This document shows, one piece after another, positions 9,993-20,115 of a stretch of DNA of 64,000 nucleotides. Made by a program: the position numbers and the translations under genes. How positions within the stretch are numbered: position 1 is the stretch's first letter; each line of letters opens with the position of its first letter. A model generated the notes under the pieces. It was not told the origin of the DNA and searched no databases. It was given only the letters and a program-made list of their open reading frames with translations. The DNA is from Nitrospirota bacterium (GTDB taxonomy: Bacteria > Nitrospirota > UBA9217), in NCBI GenBank assembly GCA_963740085.1, contig CAVUCU010000001.1, positions 96,001 through 160,000 of the forward strand, in the 5' to 3' direction.

Positions 9993-10463
9993 TTAATAAT
10001 GATACGTCTTCCCTTTTATGATCGTAAACGCCCGGTACAGCTGCTCAAGCAGCACCAGCCTCGCCATCTCGTGGGTAAGTGTCCATCGAGACATGGCTAT
10101 TGTCTTGTTTGCGCGCCCGGTCACGCTCTCATCCAGGCCCATTGCGCCGCCGATCACGAACACGATCTCCCGAACACCCGACTCGAGCGCCTTGTTCAAG
10201 AACCCCGCGAACTCGTGAGACGTGAATTCCTGACCGCGCTCATCCAGTGCCACAAGGAATGCATTCTCCGGGACTGACGTGAAGATCCGCTGCGCCTCTT
10301 TCTTTCTGATAAGCGGTGCGTCCTTGAGGTCGTGGACCTTCTCTTCCTTTAACTCCCTGACCTCACCATCCGCATAATGTTGCAGGTATCCGGAATATTT
10401 GGCGATCCCGTCCTGAATAAACCGTTCTTTGGTCTTCCCCATGCAGATGACGGTCAATTTCAT
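9993..10463 (-). CDS. rlmH: 23S rRNA (pseudouridine1915-N3)-methyltransferase
   Basis: LDERG, FVIGGAMGL, HEMARLVLLEQLYRA...YH. Confidence 0.95.
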   Translation of the reverse strand: MKLTVICMGKTKERFIQDGIAKYSGYLQHYADGEVRELKEEKVHDLKDAPLIRKKEAQRIFTSVPENAFLVALDERGQEFTSHEFAGFLNKALESGVREIVFVIGGAMGLDESVTGRANKTIAMSRWTLTHEMARLVLLEQLYRAFTIIKGKTYHY

Positions 10464-10837
10464 TTTGACGCGCCAGAGAGCGTCCTCGGCCCTGCAGCAA
10501 GGGGGATTCGGGGGGCTTCGCCCCAGAGCTTCTCAAGACTGTAGTAGGTCCTGGTCTGCTCTTCGAAAATATGCACTACTACATCACCATAGTCCATGAG
10601 CACCCAGTTCGCCCCCGTCGCCCCTTCCACGTGTGAGGGATGTATACCGGCGTTCGCAAGGTCTCGGCCGATCCCCTCGGCGATGGCCCCCACCTGAGTG
10701 GAATTGCTCCCCGAGCAAATCACAAAATAATCACAGAGAGAGGTAAGTTTGCTGAGATCGAGGATCAGGATTTCAAAGGCCTTTTTGCTGTCCGCAGCCC
10801 CGGCGCAAAGCTGCGCGGATTCCAATGAGTTAAGCAT
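10460..10837 (-). CDS. rsfS: Ribosome silencing factor
   Basis: KKA...DYFVICSG...WVLMDYGDVVVHIF...YYSLEKLW. Confidence 0.95.
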   Translation of the reverse strand: MLNSLESAQLCAGAADSKKAFEILILDLSKLTSLCDYFVICSGSNSTQVGAIAEGIGRDLANAGIHPSHVEGATGANWVLMDYGDVVVHIFEEQTRTYYSLEKLWGEAPRIPLAAGPRTLSGASK

Positions 10838-11489
10838 ATAACTTATTTGCAATTATATAGGTTTCGATTGCATCAGGCAAGAGATATTTGATGCTGGTGC
10901 CCGCTTTCACCCTGTTGCGGATGTCAGTGGACGAAATGTCGAAGAGCGGAATCATCTCCAGACAGATGGTAAACGCGCCGGACCGGACCATTGACTCCCG
11001 CTGGATACCCTGGTCCAGGCGTTCCAGTTCGCGTGAAGCGCTTTCCATGAAACTGATCTTCGCAAGATCACCAAAATGATATCCCGGTCTTGAGATCACG
11101 ACAAAACTGCAACGTGTCAGAAGCCGCTCCCACTGGTGCCAGGTCTGGATCTCGAGGAAAGAATCCAGACCGGTGATGAAAAAAAGTTCCGTGCCGGGAA
11201 AGAGCCGCTGAAGCGCCTCAACCGTATCAACAGTGTAGGATCTTCCGCCCCGATCGATCTCGATCTCCGAAGGTTCAAAGAATGGATTGCCCCTGGTCGC
11301 GAGCCGCACCATCTCCAGCCGCTGAACAGCAGAAGGGACTTCCTCGTCAAATTTATGCGGAGGGAGAGAAGAAGGGATGAACAGTATCCGGTCCAGTTTC
11401 AACCGGCTCCGGACCTCTTCAGCCGCGGCCAGGTGGCCGTTGTGGATGGGGTTGAATGTTCCTCCGAGGATGCCGAGTCTTTGCGACAA
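10830..11489 (-). CDS. nadD: Nicotinate-nucleotide adenylyltransferase
   Basis: GGTFNPIHNGH, PPHK, SYTVDT, ISSTDIR. Confidence 0.96.
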   Translation of the reverse strand: MSQRLGILGGTFNPIHNGHLAAAEEVRSRLKLDRILFIPSSLPPHKFDEEVPSAVQRLEMVRLATRGNPFFEPSEIEIDRGGRSYTVDTVEALQRLFPGTELFFITGLDSFLEIQTWHQWERLLTRCSFVVISRPGYHFGDLAKISFMESASRELERLDQGIQRESMVRSGAFTICLEMIPLFDISSTDIRNRVKAGTSIKYLLPDAIETYIIANKLYA

Positions 11490-11510
11490 ATGACCTCCGG
11501 TGTGTTCATA

Positions 11511-11550
11511 CTAATCCGACCGATCCGGCCTATCAGACCGATCAGACTAT
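11511..11550. repeat. 9-nt-periodic tandem array at the proA stop
   Basis: CTAATCCGA CCGATCCGG CCTATCAGA CCGATCAGA CTATC. Confidence 0.65.
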
Positions 11551-12803
11551 CTTCTGATCTGTCCGTTCCCATACACGATAAATTTGGTGGAGGTGAGTTC
11601 TTCCAGACCCATTGGGCCGCGCGCATGGATCCTTGTCGTGGAAATACCGATCTCCGCCCCAAGCCCGAACTCAAATCCGTCATTCAGCCGCGTGGAGGCA
11701 TTCACAAAGACGGCCGATGCATCAACCTCACGCTGGAACCGGTGGGCGTTCCGGTAGTCGTTCGTAACAATGGACTCGGAATGCTGTGAACCATGGGCTG
11801 CGATGTGCTCCATGGCCTCGTCCATGCCGCCGACGGTCTTCACATTCACGATCAGGTCGTTGTACTCCGTATCCCAATCCTTGTCCGTCGCTTCCTTGAT
11901 ATCAGGGACAAGGGCCCTGGTCTTTGCGCAGCCGCGGATCTCGACGCCGGCCTTCTTCATCCTGTTGATGATCGCGGGCAGGAACGTCTTTGCCACGTCC
12001 TGATGGACGAGCATGGTCTCCATGGCGTTGCAGGTGCCCGGACGCTGGACTTTTGCATTAAAACATATCTCTTCTGCCATGGCGAGGTCGGCCTTGCTGT
12101 CCACATATACGTGACAAATGCCCTTGTCATGCTTGATCACCGGAATAGTTGAGTTCTCCGATACCATGCGTATCAAACCTTCGCCGCCGCGCGGGATGAT
12201 CAGATCGATAGTGCCGTTCAGTTTCAGCATCTCCATGACACACGCGCGGTCGGGATTCTCAATGAATGATATTGCCCCTTCGGGAATGCCCGCCTCGGCG
12301 CCGGCCCTCGAAAGTATTTCGACGATAGCGGTGTTCGAATGAACCGCCTCGGAGCCGCCGCGAAGAATAACCGCGTTGCCCGACTTGAGACAGAGGGCCG
12401 CCGTATCAGCGGTCACATTGGGCCGGGATTCATAGATGATGCCGATCAGCCCGATCGGCACGCGCATCTTGCCTACCTCCATGCCGTTCGGTCTCCGCCG
12501 AAGGCCGAGCACCTCGCCGACCGGATCGGGAAGAGCTGCGACCTCGCGCAGCCCGTCTGCCATGGCCACGATGCGCTCAGGGTTCAAGGTCAGGCGATCG
12601 ATCATGGCCTTTGACAGGCCCTTCTGTTCGGCGGCAACGAGGTCCTTCCTGTTCTCGGCAATTAATTTCGAGGATTCCTTCTCAAGCTCCGCAGCCATCT
12701 TGAAAAGAGCGTTGTTCTTTATCTCCGTCGAGATGTTCGCCAGCGCCTTCGAAGCTGCCTTCGCCTCTTTTGCTTTACCGGTAACGTATTGTTTGATGTC
12801 CAT
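11547..12803 (-). CDS. proA: Glutamate-5-semialdehyde dehydrogenase
   Basis: GIIYESRPNVT, IPRGG, CNAMET, NASTR, GAEIGIST, HARGPMGL; AGGAGG RBS before ATG 12803. Confidence 0.97.
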   Translation of the reverse strand: MDIKQYVTGKAKEAKAASKALANISTEIKNNALFKMAAELEKESSKLIAENRKDLVAAEQKGLSKAMIDRLTLNPERIVAMADGLREVAALPDPVGEVLGLRRRPNGMEVGKMRVPIGLIGIIYESRPNVTADTAALCLKSGNAVILRGGSEAVHSNTAIVEILSRAGAEAGIPEGAISFIENPDRACVMEMLKLNGTIDLIIPRGGEGLIRMVSENSTIPVIKHDKGICHVYVDSKADLAMAEEICFNAKVQRPGTCNAMETMLVHQDVAKTFLPAIINRMKKAGVEIRGCAKTRALVPDIKEATDKDWDTEYNDLIVNVKTVGGMDEAMEHIAAHGSQHSESIVTNDYRNAHRFQREVDASAVFVNASTRLNDGFEFGLGAEIGISTTRIHARGPMGLEELTSTKFIVYGNGQIRR

Positions 12804-12829
12804 ACAGCCTCCTGCGAAAAACACATGGA

Positions 12830-13384
12830 TTATGGTAACAGCTTCCCGGCACCATCACGCAATTTCTTCGCATCGACGATCTCGCCGAAAATGACATGCT
12901 TCACCTTACCATCGGCGCCTATAAAAAACGTCACCGGCAGGAACAGGACACCATACTTCTCGGCTGTTTTGCCGTCGCGATCACTCAAAACAATGGGCTT
13001 GTCCACCTTCAGCCCGGCAAGAAATGCACGTATCGTGTCAAAATCCTCTTTGACGTCCACGATCACGACCTTGACGCCCTTGACTTTCAGCTCATCCACG
13101 AGAGAGTTGATGAGCGGAAGTTCATCCCTGCATCCTCCGCACCATGACGCGAAAAAACCCAGAACAATGCCGTTGCCTCTCTCTTTTCTCGTCGCACCCA
13201 CATAGTCGTTCAGAGTAAAATCCTTCCCTCCGGCATCCCTGAGGGCAAAGGTCGGAGCGGTGTCATTCGTCTTGAGCGCTGCAAAAGCCGTTATTGCATA
13301 CAAAGATATCGCTAATGCAATGAGTATGATTTTATTTATTTTCAAATTTATTAATTTCCCCTCTTCAATTTCCAATTTTCTCAC
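12830..13384 (-). CDS. TlpA-family thiol:disulfide oxidoreductase (exported redoxin); start uncertain
   Basis: Signal or TM segment; APTFAL; FFASWCGGC; LPVTFFI. Confidence 0.85.
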   Translation of the reverse strand: MRKLEIEEGKLINLKINKIILIALAISLYAITAFAALKTNDTAPTFALRDAGGKDFTLNDYVGATRKERGNGIVLGFFASWCGGCRDELPLINSLVDELKVKGVKVVIVDVKEDFDTIRAFLAGLKVDKPIVLSDRDGKTAEKYGVLFLPVTFFIGADGKVKHVIFGEIVDAKKLRDGAGKLLP

Positions 13385-14523
13385 AGTATCACCAGATCAT
13401 CCCGGTGGATCACTTCATCATAGTCCTTGTGCCCGAGTACGGATTCGATCTGCGACGTCTTGAGCCCCTTGATCCGGTCCAGATCGGCCGAGGAATATTT
13501 GACCAGACCCCGGGCGAAAGCGCTTTCAGATCGGTCAACACAGGTCACACAGTCCCCGACCCTGAAGTTACCCTCTACCCTTACGATGCCGCCGGGCAGC
13601 AGGCTCCTGCCCTTGTTCATCAGGGCTTCATGCGCGCCATCATCTACCATGACCCTGCCGTTGGAGCAGACCGTGTATGCGAGCCAGTGCTTACGGCTGT
13701 CCTGCTTGTCCGGCCTCGGCAAAAAAAGCGTGCCGACTTCCGAACCTTCGAACAAGGCCTGAAGCAGTCCGTCCTTTTTCCCGTTCACGATCACCATGGG
13801 TGCGCCGTAGGAACCGACCTTTTTCGCGGTCATGAGCTTGGAACGCATACCCCCCGTGCCGAGCGACGAATGGGAATCACCGGCGTACCGCTCGACCTCG
13901 GCGGTGACCTTTTCCACGAGAGGGATCAGCACGGCTGAAGGGTCTTTCTTGGGGTCTGCGGTATAGAGGCCCTCGATGTCCGAGAGGATAATCAGAAGGT
14001 CCGCATCGGTAAGATGAACCACCATGCTGGAGAGGTTGTCATTGTCGCCGAACTTGATCTCGTCCACCGAGACCGTATCGTTCTCGTTGATGATGGGGAT
14101 GACACCATGATCCAAAAGCGTCTGAAGCGTGTTCCGGGCATTCAGAAATCTTGTCCGGTTCGAGAGGTCCTCGCGCGTGAGAAGCACCTGCGCGACCTTT
14201 TTCCCATGCGTATCGAAGTTCTTCTCATACATCCACATGAGGCTGGACTGTCCGACGGCCGCCGCTGCCTGCTTGAGTGACAACGGCATGCCCTTTGTTT
14301 TCTTCAGTCCCAGCTTCGCCAGCCCGGCCGCGATCGCTCCCGATGACACCAGCACCACCTCGCGTCCCTGGGCCATGAGGGAGGATATATCCCCCGCGAG
14401 CCGCTCGATGCGGTTCTGGTCGAGTCCCTGTTCAGTCGAGGCCAGCACCGCGCTGCCGACCTTGATAACGATCCGTCGGGACCCGGAAAAGAGCGTTTTT
14501 CTGTTCATTGAATATTTTTTCAT
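13381..14523 (-). CDS. proB: Glutamate 5-kinase with PUA domain
   Basis: IKVGS, VSSGAI, INENDTV, FGDND, GTGGM, EVIHRDDLV. Confidence 0.97.
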   Translation of the reverse strand: MKKYSMNRKTLFSGSRRIVIKVGSAVLASTEQGLDQNRIERLAGDISSLMAQGREVVLVSSGAIAAGLAKLGLKKTKGMPLSLKQAAAAVGQSSLMWMYEKNFDTHGKKVAQVLLTREDLSNRTRFLNARNTLQTLLDHGVIPIINENDTVSVDEIKFGDNDNLSSMVVHLTDADLLIILSDIEGLYTADPKKDPSAVLIPLVEKVTAEVERYAGDSHSSLGTGGMRSKLMTAKKVGSYGAPMVIVNGKKDGLLQALFEGSEVGTLFLPRPDKQDSRKHWLAYTVCSNGRVMVDDGAHEALMNKGRSLLPGGIVRVEGNFRVGDCVTCVDRSESAFARGLVKYSSADLDRIKGLKTSQIESVLGHKDYDEVIHRDDLVIL

Positions 14524-14564
14524 CTGTCAGCTGCGAACACAGATTAAATCCTGTGGTTTCGAGA

Positions 14565-15647
14565 TTATCTACCCCTGACCTCTGACCCCTGGCTACTGTT
14601 TCCTGATTCCTGCATGCTGTTTAATGCCTTCAGGTTCCTCGTCTCCCTCTCCTCTTCCACACGGTCCGATAAAAACCTCAGCAGCGGCTCCAGTCCCGCA
14701 CCACTGACGGCAGAAACAGGGAAGAACTTGTATCCGTTTCCGCGACAGTAGTCAGTCAGCGATTCAAGCATGTCGGGATCGGCAGCGTCGATTTTGGAAG
14801 CCACGACAGCCATATACTTGTTCTTCAGGGCCTCGCTGTACAGCTCAAGCTCGGTATTGATCTTTTTGAAATTTTCGACCGGATCGCCCGGCACGATGCC
14901 GGACACATCGACCAGATGCAGAAGGATGGACGTGCGCTCCACATGACGCAGGAACTCGAAACCCAGCCCCGCCCCTTTGTGAGCGTTCTCGATCAGTCCG
15001 GGGATATCGGCGACGACAAAGCTGGTTCTGTTCTCCGGCTTAACCACGCCGAGCACCGGTGACAGCGTGGTGAACGGGTAATCCGCGATCTTGGGCTTGG
15101 CTGCCGAGATGCGCGATATGAGCGTGGACTTGCCCGCATTCGGGAACCCCACGAGCCCGACATCGGCAAGGAGCTTGAGCTCAAGGAACAACCACTGCTC
15201 TTCTCCCTCTTCACCCGGCTGCGCGTGCCGGGGCGCCTGGTTCGTGGCCGTCTTGAAAAAGGTGTTCCCTTTGCCGCCCCGGCCGCCCTTGGCGATGATG
15301 TAATACATTCCATCCGTGTCGAGGTCAACGATCATGGTGTGGGTCTCTGCATCGTTCACGATCGTACCGACAGGCACGCGGATGATGACATCGTCTGCAT
15401 CGGCGCCGTACTGGTCCTTGCCGCGGCCGCGCTCACCGTCCTTGGCACGATACTGCTGCTGGTACTTGAGGTCGATCAGCGTACCGAGCTGCTTGTCGGC
15501 CTGAATGATCACGTCGCCGCCCTTGCCGCCGTTACCCCCGTTCGGTCCTCCCCGCGGAACATAGGCCTCGCGCCGGAAGCTCACGCAGCCCGGCCCGCCG
15601 TGGCCCGCTATAACTTCGATCTTGACTCTATCGATAAAATTCGACAT
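14565..15647 (-). CDS. obgE: GTPase Obg
   Basis: Gly-rich N-terminus; GFPNAGKST, ADYPFTT, ADIPG. Confidence 0.97.
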   Translation of the reverse strand: MSNFIDRVKIEVIAGHGGPGCVSFRREAYVPRGGPNGGNGGKGGDVIIQADKQLGTLIDLKYQQQYRAKDGERGRGKDQYGADADDVIIRVPVGTIVNDAETHTMIVDLDTDGMYYIIAKGGRGGKGNTFFKTATNQAPRHAQPGEEGEEQWLFLELKLLADVGLVGFPNAGKSTLISRISAAKPKIADYPFTTLSPVLGVVKPENRTSFVVADIPGLIENAHKGAGLGFEFLRHVERTSILLHLVDVSGIVPGDPVENFKKINTELELYSEALKNKYMAVVASKIDAADPDMLESLTDYCRGNGYKFFPVSAVSGAGLEPLLRFLSDRVEEERETRNLKALNSMQESGNSSQGSEVRGR

Positions 15648-15715
15648 TATTGTTTAACCTTATGAGAAATATACAGATACCGGCCGGAAAATGCAAGCCG
15701 GAAAGGGTACAGAAC

Positions 15716-15747
15716 AAAAAAGGCGGCATAGACATCTATGCCGCCTT
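15716..15747 (-). terminator. Rho-independent terminator after rpmA
   Basis: AGGCGGCATAG stem with short loop, followed by a U-tract on the minus strand. Confidence 0.8.
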
Positions 15748-15773
15748 CGCAATAAATTCTCTTTGTGAACCGC

Positions 15774-16034
15774 CTACACCTCTGCTGCGTATACGCTCAC
15801 CTGCTTGCGGGTCTTGTCATAGCGCTCGAACTTCACCACGCCGTTGATCTTTGCAAAGAGCGTATCGTCACAACCCTTGCCAACGTTCTCACCCGGGTGG
15901 ATCCTGGTCCCGCGCTGACGCATGATGATCGTCCCCGCGTGCACCTTCTCGCCGTCATATCTCTTGACGCCCAGATACTGCGGTTTGCTGTCTCTTCCGT
16001 TCCTTGAACTGCCAACGCCTTTTTTATGAGCCAT
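15774..16034 (-). CDS. rpmA: 50S ribosomal protein L27
   Basis: [16 protein letters not shown]...RQRGT. Confidence 0.98.
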   Translation of the reverse strand: MAHKKGVGSSRNGRDSKPQYLGVKRYDGEKVHAGTIIMRQRGTRIHPGENVGKGCDDTLFAKINGVVKFERYDKTRKQVSVYAAEV

Positions 16035-16047
16035 TATCCCCTCCGGA

Positions 16048-16182
16048 TTCAAAATCCAAATATCAATCACTAAATTACAAATAAATTCCAATTTTCAATA
16101 ACCAAAGACAATCCCGTTTGAACATTCGAATTTGAAGTTTGGATATTATTCGGAGCTTGTAATCTGGAGATTGGAATTTGCT
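16048..16182. repeat. 7-nt-periodic imperfect inverted-repeat element between rplU and rpmA
   Basis: CAAAATC CAAATAT CAATCAC TAAATTA CAAATAA arm opposite ...TTGTAATCTGGAGATTGGAATTTG; same style as 6682..6830. Confidence 0.7.
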
Positions 16183-16494
16183 TTAAGCTGTTATCTCTTT
16201 TACCTTGATCGCCGTATAGTTCTGACGATGACCATTGGTCCTGCGGTAACCCTTACGCCTCCGGTGCTTGAAAATAAGAAGCTTTTCTCCCCTGCCCTGC
16301 TCGACGACCTCACCTGTTACCTTTGCCGATGCGAGCATGGGCTTGCCCACGGACATCGTATCGCCATCGACGATCATGAAGACATCCTTGATCTCGACCA
16401 TATCTCCCTTTTGACCTTCAAGGCTCTCCACCCTGATGGTATCACCGGGTGTAACCTTGTACTGTTTTCCACCGCTCTTGATCACTGCGTACAT
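16183..16494 (-). CDS. rplU: 50S ribosomal protein L21
   Basis: MYAVIKSGGKQYKV...GHRQNYT. Confidence 0.98.
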   Translation of the reverse strand: MYAVIKSGGKQYKVTPGDTIRVESLEGQKGDMVEIKDVFMIVDGDTMSVGKPMLASAKVTGEVVEQGRGEKLLIFKHRRRKGYRRTNGHRQNYTAIKVKEITA

Positions 16495-16547
16495 GCCACA
16501 TCCTCCTTAAGAACAAACACCGTCACTCACTCGCATTGAGAGCGCAT

Positions 16548-16651
16548 AAAATACCATGTAACTTGTGGACTTGTCAAGGGAAAAAACAGATCTTTTATTA
16601 AAAACCCTGATTTCTCCCGGTTTGACTTATTCTCCGGCACCCTGCTACAAT
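16548..16651. promoter_or_regulatory. Divergent sigma70-type promoters for rplU (minus) and prmA (plus)
   Basis: Minus: TTGACA(16577-16572)-18-TATTTT with TGn. Plus: TTGACT(16622)-18-TACAAT(16646) with TGn. Confidence 0.6.
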
Positions 16652-16677
16652 GGAAGTGAAGCACCACCGGTAAATCC

Positions 16678-17532
16678 ATGCCCTACTATGAATTCACCAT
16701 CAGAATATCCGACGCGTTTAGAGATTCACTCATCCGGCAGCTGACCGATAATGGTTGTCTCGGCATGATAGAATCCGATGACTCCCTCTTGGCCTATTTC
16801 CCATCAGCCCTTGACGTCGACACGATCAAAAACGACCTTGCGCTCATCCAGACCCTGCTTGAAAAAGCGGGACACCGCCAGGAACTGGCCTATGAGTATG
16901 ACCTCATTCCCGACAAGGACTGGAACGAAACGTGGAAAAAGGGGTTCCAACCCGTTGACGCGGGAAAGCGCTTCACCATCCTGCCTCCCTGGGAAAAGAA
17001 AAGAAAGGGTCGGATCAACCTGATCATAGACCCCGGTATGGCCTTCGGAACCGGCCACCACGAGACCACCCGGTCCTGCCTTCTGCTCATGGAGAACTAT
17101 GCGTCAAAGACCGTCAGAGAGAGCTTTCTCGACCTTGGCGCGGGTACGGGCATCCTCGCCATCGCCGCAAGAAAGCTCGGGTACCGGCATGTCATCGGCA
17201 TCGATACGGACCTCCTCGCCGTTGATGCAGCGCGGGAGAACATCGTCATGAATAATGTCCCTGACATAGAGATCCGGAAAGAACGTCTTGACGAGCTCCA
17301 TGAGACCTTCGACGTCATCGTGGCAAACCTCATATCCGGCGTCCTGGTCCTGCTTGCCCCTGCGCTCTTCCCGCGCATGAATCCCGGCGGTATTGCCATT
17401 CTCTCGGGCATACTCTCCGGCCAGGAAGACGAAGTGATCGAGGCAATGGAACAGGAGGGTTTGCGGTTGCAGGAAACATATCGCGACGGCAAATGGATGT
17501 CGCTTGTCGTGGAACGGGGCAGGAAAGCCTGA
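16678..17532 (+). CDS. prmA: Ribosomal protein L11 methyltransferase
   Basis: DWNETWK, IDPGMAFGTGHHETT, LDLGAGTGILAI, ILSGI. Confidence 0.93.
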   Translation: MPYYEFTIRISDAFRDSLIRQLTDNGCLGMIESDDSLLAYFPSALDVDTIKNDLALIQTLLEKAGHRQELAYEYDLIPDKDWNETWKKGFQPVDAGKRFTILPPWEKKRKGRINLIIDPGMAFGTGHHETTRSCLLLMENYASKTVRESFLDLGAGTGILAIAARKLGYRHVIGIDTDLLAVDAARENIVMNNVPDIEIRKERLDELHETFDVIVANLISGVLVLLAPALFPRMNPGGIAILSGILSGQEDEVIEAMEQEGLRLQETYRDGKWMSLVVERGRKA

Positions 17533-17624
17533 GTTAAATACCCTTTGCCATCACCCTTTTTAAAATGGGCGCCAAATGCGCAAAAGAGTGTACAATTACA
17601 ACCGGGTTGTTTATAATTACGGAA

Positions 17625-18560
17625 ATGATAAAAATACGACCTCTCGCGTTATTCACCACCATCCTCATTTCCTTTGCCGGGGTATTCGCGTGTTTCCCCC
17701 GTTGTGGTTGCGCCACTCCGGACTACGCACGTCAAACGGGCTTCGAGTGCAGTCACTGTCACGTCGATAGTATCGGCGGCGGTCCACTCACCCGGGAGGG
17801 GAAGGCCTTTCTTGACGACCTTAAGTCAAAGGGACTCTACCGGCCGTTGACCATGACACAGCGCGTTATACGACTTCTTGTCGGCTACCTCCACATGCTG
17901 GCGGCCATCATGTGGTTCGGGACGATCATGTATGTTCATCTCCTCCTGAAACCGGCCTACGCATCGAAAGGCCTGCCCAAGGGAGAACTGAGACTCGGCT
18001 GGATCTCCATGATCGTGCTCCTGATCACCGGGACACTCCTGACCATTGCCAGGATCCCCTCATGGGAAATGTTCTTCACAACTCGGTTCGGAATCCTCCT
18101 GGGTATCAAGATCGCACTGTTCCTGCTCATGTTTTCCAGCGCTGTTGTTGTTACGCTCTATATCGGACCAAAATTGAGAAAACAGAAGACTCTTGTTCCC
18201 GCAATGGACGGCAACGGAGCCTGCACGCTCGACGCCCTCTGCCGGTTTGACGGACAAGACGGACGTCCGGCCTACATAGCGTACAAGGGACTCCTCTACG
18301 ACATGACCGGAAGCAAGCTCTGGGGAAATGGCTCGCACATGATGAAACATGCGGCGGGTAACGATCTGACGGATATTCTGAGGACCGCGCCTCACGGTGA
18401 GGACAAGATACTGGCAATGCCTCTGGCGGGAAAGCTGCTTGCTCCCGCTGAAAAGCCCACGAGGCCGTTCCACATGAAGCTTTTTTATTTCTTTGCTTAC
18501 ATGAACCTTATTCTGGTTTTCGTCATTACGTTTGTTATCGCGCTGTGGAGATGGTGGTAA
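17625..18560 (+). CDS. Membrane protein with an N-terminal CxxCH motif, CopD-like TM bundle and cytochrome b5-like domain; start uncertain (ORF open from 17565)
   Basis: YARQTGFECSHCH; HMLAAIMWFG plus TM helices; FDGQDGRPAYIAYKGLLYDMT...WGNGSHMMKHAAGNDLT...APHG. Confidence 0.75.
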   Translation: MIKIRPLALFTTILISFAGVFACFPRCGCATPDYARQTGFECSHCHVDSIGGGPLTREGKAFLDDLKSKGLYRPLTMTQRVIRLLVGYLHMLAAIMWFGTIMYVHLLLKPAYASKGLPKGELRLGWISMIVLLITGTLLTIARIPSWEMFFTTRFGILLGIKIALFLLMFSSAVVVTLYIGPKLRKQKTLVPAMDGNGACTLDALCRFDGQDGRPAYIAYKGLLYDMTGSKLWGNGSHMMKHAAGNDLTDILRTAPHGEDKILAMPLAGKLLAPAEKPTRPFHMKLFYFFAYMNLILVFVITFVIALWRWW

Positions 18561-18662
18561 GCGCCTTTTGAAAGACACCTGCTTTTATCGCAAACGATCG
18601 GCCCCTGCCCGGAGCCGATATGCTGGCAAGCCCTGTGATATAATTGCCGCAAGGAGTACAAC

Positions 18663-20102
18663 GTGACCGAAGCAACCCTCACCCGCATTCTCTATATGGA
18701 AGACGACCCGGGTCATGCGCGGCTGCTTCAGAAGATCCTCCACCGGCGCGGACATGTCGTCGAAATCGCCACCAATGGTGAAGAAGGCCTCAAGATGCTC
18801 GATGCCAAGCACTACGATCTTCTGCTCCTCGATTACAATATGCCGTTCCCGGGCGGGATCGATGTCATACGCGCCCTTTCCGCCAAAAACGCGCTGCCCC
18901 CGACCATCATGGTTGCCGGTGAGGGCAATGAAATGGTCGCGGTCGTTGCCCTCATGCTCGGGGCCGCCGATTACCTCGTCAAAGACGCTGACATGAAATA
19001 TCTCGACCTGCTTCCCGCAGTGATCGACCAGGTACTGTATCGGCAGCCGATCCTCGGCAATATTTCCCAGGCAAAGCTGGCCGCGCCTCCCGGCGAAAGC
19101 TTATCACACTATTTGGATCTTTCTGAGCAAGCAACGTTCCGCGCGAAGAGCCTCACACAACAATTACTTACCTTCGCTCGCCGAGACTCCCCCGTCAAGA
19201 AGCTTCTCTCCGCAAAAAAGCTGATCGATGATTCTGCCGGCTTTGCTATCCGGGGCTCCAAGTCCCGCTGCGAATTCAAGGTAGCTCCCGACCTCTGGAC
19301 CATCGAAGCAGACGAGGGACAACTGGGTCAGGTGATCAACAACCTGGTCATGAACGCCGATCTGTCCATGCCTGAAGGCGGCACGGTTACCGTGAGCGGT
19401 GAGAATGTGGCTCTGACGGCGGACAATCCCCTCCTGCTAAAACCCGGGGAATACATCAAGATATCCGTGGCGGATCAGGGGGCCGGTATTCCGGAAGACA
19501 ACCTCAAAAAGATCTTCGACCCCTATTTCACCACGAAAGACAGGGGAATCGGACTTGGCCTTGCCACCTGCTACTCGATCATGAAACAGCACGACGGAGA
19601 CATCACGGTTGAATCAACGCCTGGCGAGGGTGCTACATTTTCTCTCTATCTTCCCGCCTCATCAGCCCAGACCGCTCCGGACTCTCCAGACACCGGTCGA
19701 GAGCCCCTGCACGGGACCGGCAGGATACTGGTCATGGACGACGAAGATATTGTCCGGGACGTACTTCACCGTTCACTCACTCATCTCGGCTATGTCGTTG
19801 TCAGTGCACATAATGGCAATGAAGCGATCACCCTTTATGAACAGGCCTTCAAAAGCGCCCAGCCTTTCGACGCCGTCATCATGGACCTGACCATACCGGG
19901 CGGCATGGGCGGCAGGGAAGCGGTGATCAAACTGCGCGAGATCGACCCGGCAGTGAGGGCGATCGTCTCAAGCGGTTATTCAGACGACCCTATCATGGCC
20001 CACTTCAAGGACTACGGCTTCAGCGGCGTCGTATCCAAGCCCTACACGCTCAAGGCCCTGAGCGAGACCGTACATTCGGTCATCTCAGGAAACGCAGCCT
20101 GA
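18663..20102 (+). CDS. Hybrid kinase-like protein REC-(truncated HisKA, no H-box)-HATPase-REC
   Basis: Two receiver domains; QVINNLVMNA, DQGAGI, FDPYFTTK, GLGL; no HDFNN motif. Confidence 0.8.
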   Translation: MTEATLTRILYMEDDPGHARLLQKILHRRGHVVEIATNGEEGLKMLDAKHYDLLLLDYNMPFPGGIDVIRALSAKNALPPTIMVAGEGNEMVAVVALMLGAADYLVKDADMKYLDLLPAVIDQVLYRQPILGNISQAKLAAPPGESLSHYLDLSEQATFRAKSLTQQLLTFARRDSPVKKLLSAKKLIDDSAGFAIRGSKSRCEFKVAPDLWTIEADEGQLGQVINNLVMNADLSMPEGGTVTVSGENVALTADNPLLLKPGEYIKISVADQGAGIPEDNLKKIFDPYFTTKDRGIGLGLATCYSIMKQHDGDITVESTPGEGATFSLYLPASSAQTAPDSPDTGREPLHGTGRILVMDDEDIVRDVLHRSLTHLGYVVVSAHNGNEAITLYEQAFKSAQPFDAVIMDLTIPGGMGGREAVIKLREIDPAVRAIVSSGYSDDPIMAHFKDYGFSGVVSKPYTLKALSETVHSVISGNAA

Positions 20103-20115
20103 GCCTTGCCTTCTG

